Below, in pieces: positions 55,270 to 64,000 of a stretch of DNA of 64,000 nt (the stretch's first letter is position 1; each line of letters opens with the position of its first letter). Location of the stretch: the NCBI GenBank assembly GCA_002269645.1, contig NIVC01003958.1:1-64000 (forward strand). Reading direction: 5' to 3'. The notes beneath the pieces were generated by a model. It saw nothing but the letters and a program-made list of their open reading frames with translations, did no database searches and was not told the DNA's origin. The DNA comes from Macrostomum lignano (taxonomy: Eukaryota). The translations under genes and the position numbers were made by a program.

Positions 55270-55535
55270 CTTCACCTGACCATTGCCCTCACCTGACCAT
55301 TGCCCTCATCTGACCATTGCCCTCACTGACTATTGCCCTCACCTGACCATTGCCCTCACCTGACCATTGCCCTCACCTGACCATTGCCCTCATCTGACCA
55401 TTGCCCTCACCTGACCATTGCCCTCACCTGACCATTGCCCTCATCTGACCATTGCCCTCACCTGACCATTGCCCTCACCTGACCATTGCCCTCACCTGAC
55501 CATTGCCCTCACCTGACCATTGCCCTCACCTGACT
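55270..55535. repeat. 17-bp minisatellite TGACCATTGCCCTCACC
   Basis: Direct reading. Ends just before a TTTCAG acceptor-like site upstream of the PDP ATG. Confidence 0.9.
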
Positions 55536-55587
55536 GATTTCAGCGCCCCCGCACATTCTCCACTATCGCGTCCGCTGCCGCCTCGCC

Positions 55588-55823
55588 ATGACGATTCGGC
55601 GAGCGGCCGCTCGTCCCGCGTGGCTTCGCCGCTGGCTGCACGCGGCTGCTGGGCTGCGCCATGCGGAGGTCATCAGCGGCAACCAGCAGTTCCCCCTCAT
55701 CAGCCCGCAGCAGGTGCGCCAGCTGCTGCGCCAGGGAGCCGAGCGGCACACGGCTGACGTGGCCGGCTGGCAGGTCTCCGTGCACTGCAACCAGGTGCCC
55801 TGCAACCGGCCCGTGGAGGACAG
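55588..55823 (+). CDS. PDP: Pyruvate dehydrogenase phosphatase catalytic subunit (PPM family), exon 1 with a mitochondrial-type presequence
   Basis: Arg/Ala-rich N-terminus lacking acidic residues, then ISPQQVRQLLR...NQVPCNRPVEDR, matching PDP NQLxxNxPIEDR. Confidence 0.9.
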
Positions 55824-55874
55824 GTGACGGCTGGTCTTGGTTTCACTTGAAATTTCTTTCAATTTGTGCGTCTC

Positions 55875-56320
55875 CTGACTCAACTGCCACTCGTGGGTCA
55901 CCTGACTCAACTGCCACTCGTGGGTCACCTGACTCAACTGCCACTCGTGGGTCACCTGACTCAACTGCCACTCGTGGGTCACCTGACTCAACTGCCACTC
56001 GTGGGTCACCTGACTCAACTGCCACTCGTGGGTCACCTGACTCAACTGCCACTCGTGGGTCACCTGACTCAAATGCCACTAGCGGGTCACCTGACTCAAC
56101 TGCCACTCGTGGGTCACCTGACTCAACTGCCACTCGTGGGTCACCTGACTCGAATGGCACTCGTGGGTCACCTGACTCGAATGCCACTCGTGGGTCACCT
56201 GACTCAACTGCCACTAGCGGGTCACCTGACTCAACTGCCACTAGCGGGTCACCTGACTCAAATGCCACTAGCGCGGTCACCTGACTCGAATGCCACTCGT
56301 GGGTCACCTGACTCAACTGC
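55875..56320. repeat. 27-bp intronic minisatellite TGACTCAACTGCCACTCGTGGGTCACC
   Basis: Direct reading. Confidence 0.95.
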
Positions 56321-56332
56321 CCCAATCTCCAG

Positions 56333-56597
56333 ACTGGCCGTCAGCCGCCTGCTGATTGGGCCTCCCGTGCAGTCGCAGGACGGTCCGCTGCTTGTCGGCG
56401 TCTTCGACGGGCACGCAGGACCCGCGTGCGCGAACTCCGTGCACCTGCGCCTGCCCGACTACCTGGCCGTGGCCATGGCCGACCCGCTGCGCCTGCACGA
56501 CATCAAGGTGGCCGGACAGGCCCTCAGTCTCAACATTGCCAGGCTGCCCCACGGCCCGGAACTCGAGGAGGAGCTCGGCCGGCTGCACGACCAGCAG
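56333..56597 (+). CDS. PDP: PDP exon 2
   Basis: LVGVFDGHAGPAC is the PPM motif. Phases consistent. Confidence 0.92.
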
Positions 56598-56659
56598 GTG
56601 CTGCGCCTGTTGTCATAGCAACTTACTAGCAACGCTCTGTCGCTGTTCTTCATTTTTAA

Positions 56660-57310
56660 CTACACCAGCCTGCTGGATTCTTCGCTCCCTACCGCAAATC
56701 CTGTGCTGGATTCACCGCTCCGCAAATCCTGTGCTGGATTCTCCGCTCCGCAAATCCTGTGCTGGATTCTCCGCTCCCTACCGCAAATCCTGTGCTGGAT
56801 TCTCCGCTCCCTACCGCAAATCCTGTGCTGGATTCTCCGCTCCCTACCGCAAATCCTGTGCTGGATTCTCCGCTCCCTACCGCAAATCCTGTGCTGGATT
56901 CTCCGCTCCCTACCGCAAATCCTGTGCTGGATTCTCCGCTCCCTACCGCAAATCCTGTGCTGGATTCTCCGCTCCCTACCGCAAATCCTGTGCTGGATTC
57001 ACCGCTCCGCAAATCCTGTGCTGGATTCTCCGCTCCCTACCGCAAATCCTGTGCTGGATTCTCCGCTCCCTACCGCCCCATCCTGTGCTGGATTCTCCAC
57101 TCCCTACCGCAAATCCTGTGCTGGATTCTCCGCTCCCTACCGCAAATCCTGTGCTGGATTCTCCACTCCCTACCGCCCCATCCTGTGCTGGATTCTCCAC
57201 TCCCTACCGCAAATCCTGTGCTGGATTCTCCGCTCCCTACCGCCCCATCCTGTGCTGGATTCTCCGCTCCCTACCGCAAATCCTGTGCTGGATTCTCCGC
57301 TCCCTACCGG
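56660..57310. repeat. 33-bp intronic minisatellite CCTGTGCTGGATTCTCCGCTCCCTACCGCAAAT
   Basis: Direct reading. Confidence 0.95.
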
Positions 57311-57380
57311 CTCCTCGAATTCCACTCTCCCTCTGCTTTCGCCCCTCCCCTCTTTAACCAGCCAGCCACCCGTACCGCAG

Positions 57381-57938
57381 CTGTCCGCCTTCACCTCGGA
57401 GACGCTGTCCATGAGCGAGCCGGAGCCGCTCGGCCACCGCCTGCGGGAGGCCATGCAGCGCCTCGACACGGACATCGGCGAGGCTGCGCAGCCCCGGCCA
57501 GGCGCCGCTGGCCTCAACCGCGCGCTGCTCCGCGTGGCGCTGTCCGGCTGCGTGGGCACCGTGGCGCTGCTGGAGCCGCCCGACCGCCTCCACGTGCTGC
57601 ACGTTGGCGACTGCGCCGCCGTCCTCGGCCGCTGCCACGACCAGCTGTGGTACGCGCACAAGCTCACCGAAGAGCACCGAGCCGACAATCCCGCCGAGCT
57701 CGAGCGCCTCATGCGCTCCCATCCGGTCAGCGAGCGCGACTTCCTTGTCCGCTACGACCGCCTGCTCGGCGAGCTCATGCCGCTGCGCGCGTTCGGCGAC
57801 ATTCGCTACAAGTGGAGCGCCGACCTGCTGCGCACCGCCGGCCGCCTGCTGCAGCTGCCCGCCACCTACAACCCCGTGCCGCAGTACTACTACACCCCGC
57901 CTTACCTCACCGCCGAGCCCGACTTCGCCACGCAGCAG
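57381..57938 (+). CDS. PDP: PDP exon 3
   Basis: VALSGC, GDCAAVLG, RLLGELMPLRAFGDIRYKWS and YYTPPYLTAEP are PDP-specific motifs. Confidence 0.95.
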
Positions 57939-57949
57939 GTGACCTACGC

Positions 57950-58750
57950 TCATGTGACCCCCTCCTCTAATGTGACCCCCTCCTCTAATGTGACCCCCTC
58001 CGCTCATGTGACCCCCTCCTCTAATGTGACCCCCTCCTCTAATGTGAATCCCCCTCTAATGTGGTCCCCTCCGCTCATGTGACCCCCTCTAATGTGGTCC
58101 CCTCCGCTCATGTGACCCCCTCTAATGTGACCCCCTCGGCTCATGTGACCCCTCCTCTAATGTGACCCCCTCCTCTAATGTGACCCCCTCCGCTCATGTG
58201 ACCCCCTCCTCTAATGTGACACCCTCCTCTAATGTGAATCCCCCTCTAATGTGGTCCCCTCCGCTCATGTGACCCCCTCTAATGTGACCCCCTCCTCTAA
58301 TGTGACCCCCTCCGCTCATGTGACCCCCTCCTCTAATGTGACACCCTCCTCTAATGTGAATCCCCCTCTAATGTGAATCCCCCTCTAATGTGGTCCCCTC
58401 CGCTCATGTGACCCCCTCTAATGTGACCCCCTCCTCTAATGTGACCCCCTCCGCTCATGTGACCCCCTCCTCTAATGTGACACCCTCCTCTAATGTGAAT
58501 CCCCCTCTAATGTGGTCCCCTCCGCTCATGTGACCCCCTCTAATGTGACCCCCTGCTCTAATGTGAACCCCTCTAATGTGACCCCCTCCGCTCATGTGAC
58601 CCCCTCTAATGTGACCCCCTGCTCTAATGTGAATCCCTCCGCTCGTGTGACCCCCTCCTCTAAAACCCCTCCGCTCGTGACCCCTCCTCTAATGTGAACC
58701 CCTCCGCTCATGTGACCCCCTCCACTATGTCCTCCACTCATGTGACCCAT
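57950..58750. repeat. About 18-bp intronic minisatellite TGTGACCCCCTCC(TCTAA/GCTCA)
   Basis: Direct reading. Confidence 0.95.
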
Positions 58751-58776
58751 GTGTCTGCTGCTCCCCATCCTGGCAG

Positions 58777-59118
58777 ATTACAGGCGACGACCGGTTCCTC
58801 ATCCTGGCCTCCGACGGCCTGTGGGACCACCTGCCGCCCGAGGACGCTGTCGCCATTGTCGGAGCCGCCATCGACAGCGGCGCCTTCGGCATCGGCGGAG
58901 GCGGCGGCAGCAGCGGCAGCGACGCGGAAGAAGTCACGGAGAGCGGGCGCAGCGGCGCCAACCTTGCCACGCTGCTGGTGCGGGCGGCGCTGGGCGGGCA
59001 GAAGCGGGGAGACTCGGAGCCCTCGGAGGCGATGATCACCCAGCTGCTGTCGGCGCCAGCCAACGTGGCCAGGTACTACAGGGACGACATCACCGTGGCA
59101 GTGCTGCTGCTGCACTGA
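58777..59118 (+). CDS. PDP: PDP terminal exon
   Basis: DRFLILASDGLWD, N(L)ATLLVRAALG, ARYYRDDITV. The four exons total 1401 nt (466 aa plus stop). Confidence 0.95.
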   Translation: MTGDDRFLILASDGLWDHLPPEDAVAIVGAAIDSGAFGIGGGGGSSGSDAEEVTESGRSGANLATLLVRAALGGQKRGDSEPSEAMITQLLSAPANVARYYRDDITVAVLLLH

Positions 59119-59218
59119 CGCAAGTTGTTTTCGTGCCATTAACCTGCGTATTGACAGAAACTGTTGTAAAGTGAGCATTCACATCCAAAGCTTTGTTTTC
59201 AATTCAATTGATTGCTCC

Positions 59219-60057
59219 GCTGGTCTCTACTGACAGTAGTTTCGGGTGAAAACAACAGCCTATTTACAGTCTCTGCTGGTCTCTACTGACAGTAGTTTCG
59301 GGTGAAAACAACAGCCTATTTACAGTCTCTGCTGGTCTCTACTGACAGTAGTTTCGGGTGAAAACAACAGCCTATTTACAGTCTCTGCTGGTCTCTACTG
59401 ACAGTAGTTTCGGGTGAAAACAACAGCCTATTTACAGTCTCTGCTGGTCTCTACTGACAGTAGTTTCGGGTGAAAACAACAGCCTATTTACAGTCTCTGC
59501 TGGTCTCTACTGACAGTAGTTTCGGGTGAAAACAACAGCCTTTTTACAGTCTCTGCTGGTCTCTACTGACAGTAGTTTCGGGTGAAAACAACAGCCTATT
59601 TACAGTCTCTGCTGGTCTCTACTGACAGTAGTTTCGGGTGAAAACAACAGCCTATTTACAGTCTCTGCTGGTCTCTACTGACAGTAGTTTCGGGTGAAAA
59701 CAACAGCCTATTTACAGTCTCTGCTGGTCTCTACTGACAGTAGTTTCGGGTGAAAACAACAGCCTATTTACAGTCTCTGCTGGTCTCTACTGACAGTAGT
59801 TTCGGGTGAAAACAACAGCCTTTTTACAGTCTCTGCTGGTCTCTACTGACAGTAGTTTCGGGTGAAAACAACAGCCTTTTTACAGTCTCTGCTGGTCTCT
59901 ACTGACAGTAGTTTCGGGTGAGACAACAGCCTTTTTACAGTCTCTGCTGGTCTCTACTGACAGTAGTTTCGGGTGAGAACAACAGCCTTTTTACAGTCTC
60001 TGCTGGTCTCTACTGACAGTAGTTTCGGGTGAAAACAACAGCCTATTTACAGTCTCT
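59219..60057. repeat. 56-bp minisatellite, about 15 copies, with internal palindrome CTACTG-A-CAGTAG
   Basis: Direct reading; near-identical units and no spacers. Confidence 0.95.
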
Positions 60058-61920
60058 CCAAGATTTCAATTCACACCAAAAAGGCAGGTTGGCGCCGGCT
60101 CTTCGAAACGAATAAATAATCTGCTCGCTCTCCGTTGCCACCCCGGCGCTCTGGCAAGGATTTGCTAAGAAGGATTTCCCCCTTTGTGCTTCTCTGCTTT
60201 CCTGTAATTTTTTTTTCACGTGCTCGCTAATCTCCTTAGCTATTCGAGGCTGGAATTCTGTATCCGGCTGCCTTGAATTTTGTCTGCTTTTTAGTTGCTT
60301 TTAGAGCAGCGGAGGCACTCGGCTGATTGCCGCCCCCCCGCAGAGGCCCCTGGGCCCGCACTCTGTCTGATAACTTTGCTTTATTAGCAACTTACCTAAT
60401 TGTCCAACGCGGGGTCAGCTCTCTGTGTGCTCACGCTGACTCTCAGTTCTCTCATACTGCTGGAAGTAGCCTGTCCGCTATGTTCCAGTGCCAGCCGCCT
60501 GCTAAAGTACAGATAACATCTTCACAGCAGTCTGTAATGTGTTGCCTGCATTGCTCATGTGCGCTGCCTGTTTTATAACTGTAAGTCTGCTCTGTCCGCC
60601 TACCCGCCTGTTCGTCTCATTCATTTTGTCTGCCGGCATGAAATTAATAAATTAAAAAAAATGAAATATTAAAAATTCTTGTTTCTAGCTTGAAGATCCA
60701 TATTTTAAATGCAATAAATGCTAATTTGAGCAATAAAATTGTCTTGACTGATTATTTTACTAAGAGAGAGTTCATAGCCCGAGGCAAGGGTCAATTAGAG
60801 AAATCTCTCTACCCATTAGTCTGCGGGGGCTTCCCATCAGCGTCAGTTCTATTTTTTTCTGTACAGCCGGGGTCGCACCGGTTTTGGCCTGTATTGTTGC
60901 TATTCAATAGGTGCTGTGCGGCGGCACTGTGCTTTATGCTCACTCAGTTCCAAGTTGTGACGTCCAATGCAAAAATAGACACTTCAGGCACTCGGCTCGG
61001 TCGTCTGTGAGCGCTCTTAGATGGAGCTACGCTCGAACTGCTCGAACTGGTGTCTAAAATTAGATACTCGTCATGACTCGCAGTAAGATGACTCTGCCCA
61101 GCTGGCTGGCAGGCCCCATCACCCGCGCCGAGTCTCACTCGGGTGCTGCTGACGCTGCAGTCGCCCTGCCGGCGAGGACAGGCGCAAACTCTGCGTTTCG
61201 TCGAATGACTGGGAGGGAAATTCAGGCAGCTCAACTGAAAACGCGTCATTTGGGGTTGGTTTGTGCCCGAAAATCGACCGGTGGCTGTCTTGCGATTCAC
61301 GCCAATGAGGGCCAGGTCACAAGGCACAGAACACATGCCTTACGATTAGAAAGTCAAGAGCCGCCGTACACCCTGTGTGAGCGAGTGCATGGGTGCGTGC
61401 TTGCGTACAGTATTAGCGGCCCTTGTATGTGCTCAGGAGTCAGCGGAATGGGCAGAATTGCCCCAGCGTACTGGTTGCGAGCCGGTGTCGCTGAAGGCGT
61501 TGCGCCTTGGAGCCCGCAGCCCCTCCTGCAGCAACATGTTAATGACGCCGCTCTGCGTCAGTTGATGCTCGCGCAACGGCTTAGTTAACAAGGCCTGAGT
61601 TCCATACAGACAAACTTTGCCTTCTCTTTTTAGTTGCACTGACACCGTTTGGACGGCAGCTTCTAGTGGGTGTGTGGGTGCAATTTGGTTCGTGGGTGCA
61701 AATTTCCATGTTGAACTCAAATTCAGCAAAATGTTTCGGGTTGTCAGAGATGACAGGATTTGACAACATTTTGACATTGTATTTTAGATTAATAGCGGTA
61801 GAGAAGACGAAACGGATTAGGGAATAGTACAAGTGAGATTGTGAGTCAAATCGCAGCCTCTGCAGCTGCATCTCGCAGGTGTTCAAGTTTATTTTTAACT
61901 CTCCAAAACAAATATTTGAG

Positions 61921-62819
61921 TCAGCGACGTCTCCACGAGTCCTGCGCAGCTCCCGCCCACTGCTGCCGCCCGCCCATGGTGACGTTGAGCCTGTTGTCGT
62001 CCCCGACGATGTTGAGCAGGCCTCCGTTCTGGTTCACCCCGCCGCAGTCCAGCAGGTCGGCTTCGCTGCCGCCGGCCTCCCTCCCCAGTCTGGACCGCGG
62101 GCCGCACGCCTCGACCGTCTGCTCGGTTCGCAGGCTGGCCATCGAGTTCCATCGGCCGTTGGGCTGGTGCTCGGGCCGGCAGAGCCGCAGCTCCGGCTGG
62201 GCCGCCGACTCCGCGGTGTTGACAGTCGCCGGATTCGCCCCGGCGCTGCTTCTGGCCGGCGGAATCGGCATCTGCCGGAACTCCCAGAACAGCGACTTCA
62301 GCTCCGCCAGGGCGAAACGCCGCGGCTTTGTCTCAACGCAGCTGAGCAGCTCCGCCTCCCTCTCCAGCAGCTCCTGCCGGGACTTCACTTTCCTCCGCTC
62401 CAGAAACTTCACGAGCTGCCGGTCCGTGTTGGCCGCCTTCAGCGAGTTTCTCCAGCGCTTCTTCGCCGGCTTTTCTTCGAGGGCCTCCTCCCAGCCGCTG
62501 CTGTAGGCGCTCTCGCCGCGGTTCCAAAGCTTGGCGTTGTCCAGCACCTTCAGGAGCTCGTTGTGGGAGAAGCGCTGCCTCCGAGACCCGGCTCGGTCGA
62601 TGATGCTCTTGCGATGCTCGACCAGCTGCTGCACATCCGTGACCTGCTGCACCTCGATGAAGTAGTCCGCAGGCACCTGCGCGTTTTTTGTCTCTTAAAA
62701 AAGGTCACGAGATCCTGGCTGACCGGCCGGCTGCCGATTTCCGCATAGCCGCTCTCGCCTGAGACCCGCGGCAGTTGCGGGTTTCTGAGGCGGACTGGAA
62801 AATCGCTCAGTTCGGACAT
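61921..62819 (-). CDS. Unknown intronless protein A (about 299 aa); one A apparently missing at 62684-62689
   Basis: ORF 62550..62819 (MSELSDF...FKRQK) joins ORF 61921..62676 when one base is added to the run. Strong GC3 bias. The exact C-terminus is uncertain. Confidence 0.65.
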
Positions 62820-63104
62820 GATCGCCGAGATGGTTCGCTGCTTGGCTACGTGGCGGTTCTGAGTCTTGGCTGGCTGGCTGCTTCGTCATATTTTTATATC
62901 TTGGGTTCATTCCGCATTATAGTGCCTCCCCCTAAAATATCTGTGACTAATAATACCCTCTAAGTGGGCTTTTGTTGTCACAATGTACAGTGCAGACTCG
63001 TGCACAATGCCCGGCATAATTTTGTATATTTAAAATAGAGCTGGCAGACAGATGCGCCTCCATAGTTTTGCCCAGAACCGCCGCTTCATCCAAGCAGCTC
63101 AGAG

Positions 63105-64000
63105 ATGAGTGACGTGAGTAGGGCGATTCAGTCCTGGCAGGGCGACGCGCGGGTGAAGAAGTTCATCATCAAGTCCTGCCCGAAGGGCGACAGCCTCGGC
63201 CAGTTCCTCCGGGATGAGAATCTGCGAAGTCTCAACAAGAAAATTGCCAAACAGAAAAATGCGAAATTCGCTATTAAAGATGTTGACGCGCGCTGTGAAC
63301 CATCTCAGGGACAGCTGGGCTGCCAAGATGTCGCAAGCCGCACGAGCGGAGCCGGGCTACGATAGCCTCGCCGAATCCGGCGGCCGAGCGGAGTCGGGCT
63401 ACGATAGCCTCGCCGAATCCCCCTGCCGCAGCTCAGCCTCTGAAGCCAGCGCCACCCAGACTTGCAGAAGCGTCTCCTCTCTGGCCAACCGGCCGCTGCC
63501 GCCAGTGCCATCAGAGCGGCGGGACTCCGACCGCGGCTACCAGACTCAGTCAGGCAGCCTGTCTGATGAGGACTCGCAGGCTGCCGGAGCTGCAGCAGCC
63601 CTAGCTGCGACCGCGGAGCCGAGCGTCCAGCCTCCGCGGCCGCAGCCGAGACGCTCTGCAGTCAGGGTGAGTCACAATGATGCCGCGAGCAGCTCCTGCG
63701 GTGCCGCCGAGGCTGCCGAGCAGCTGGTGGCGGACTCTGAGCAGGACTCGGCTGGCCGCACCTGGTCGGAGGCCGCGGCAGTCAGAGCTCCGCAGCCCCG
63801 GCCGCGGCTCAGCTTGGCCCGTCGTTCCAGCGAGACTCGTGGCGGCGATGACGCGTCCAGCCTCTCGGGACCCGCCGCCACCGCTGCGGCCCCGCCATCG
63901 AGCGGTCGACGCCGGTCTGCCAGAACGGCTTCTTCAACATCCACGGCGGCAAAAACGAGATCGATGTCGACCTGGAGGCTGTGAAAATGTTGATGGACTT
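63105..64000 (+). CDS. Unknown protein B, divergent from A, running off the window; two frame changes (near 63290 and between 63667 and 63897)
   Basis: ATG at 63105. Coding-like segments in successive frames; the last (…IERSTPVCQNGFFNIHGGKNEIDVDL…) has very strong GC3 bias. Confidence 0.55.

Noticed and set aside
48060-58697. Periodic ORFs over the 24-, 30-, 27-, 33- and 18-bp arrays
   Set aside because: Repeat translations. The real exons are bounded by canonical splice sites and skip them.
59219-60057. CRISPR-like appearance (regular period, palindromic core)
   Set aside because: No unique spacers, no cas genes, eukaryotic context.
61073-61886. ORFs 61073..61588, 61433..61777 and 61581..61886
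   Set aside because: No recognisable domain or clear splice path. One could be an alternative C-terminus of gene A, but this cannot be supported.

Overview
Animal genomic DNA with GC3-rich spliced genes and introns packed with minisatellites. The style suggests a flatworm such as Macrostomum, but that is inference only. Genes in order: a synaptotagmin-like C2A/C2B gene (exons 1.6-6.6 kb); an OATP/SLCO transporter (7 exons, 9.3-20.1 kb) with a very young Ty3/gypsy element (identical 165-bp LTRs, -1 frameshift pseudoknot) in one intron; two intronless, divergent SLC15/POT-like transporters (21.1-30.2 kb), the second split by a LOA/Lian-type LINE with a 15-bp TSD; an internally deleted piggyBac relic; a ~5.7-kb AT- and TpA-rich block of eroded transposons/MITEs with a RIP-like dinucleotide signature; an orphan exon; a 2-Cys peroxiredoxin with probable terminal extensions; a pyruvate dehydrogenase phosphatase gene; and, at the right edge, a head-to-head pair of unknown genes that share a RHIM-like beta-arch motif and SGYxx[LI] tyrosine motifs. 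Several ORFs are broken by single-base losses in homopolymer runs, which look like long-read consensus errors. No rRNA, tRNA or CRISPR array is supportable.
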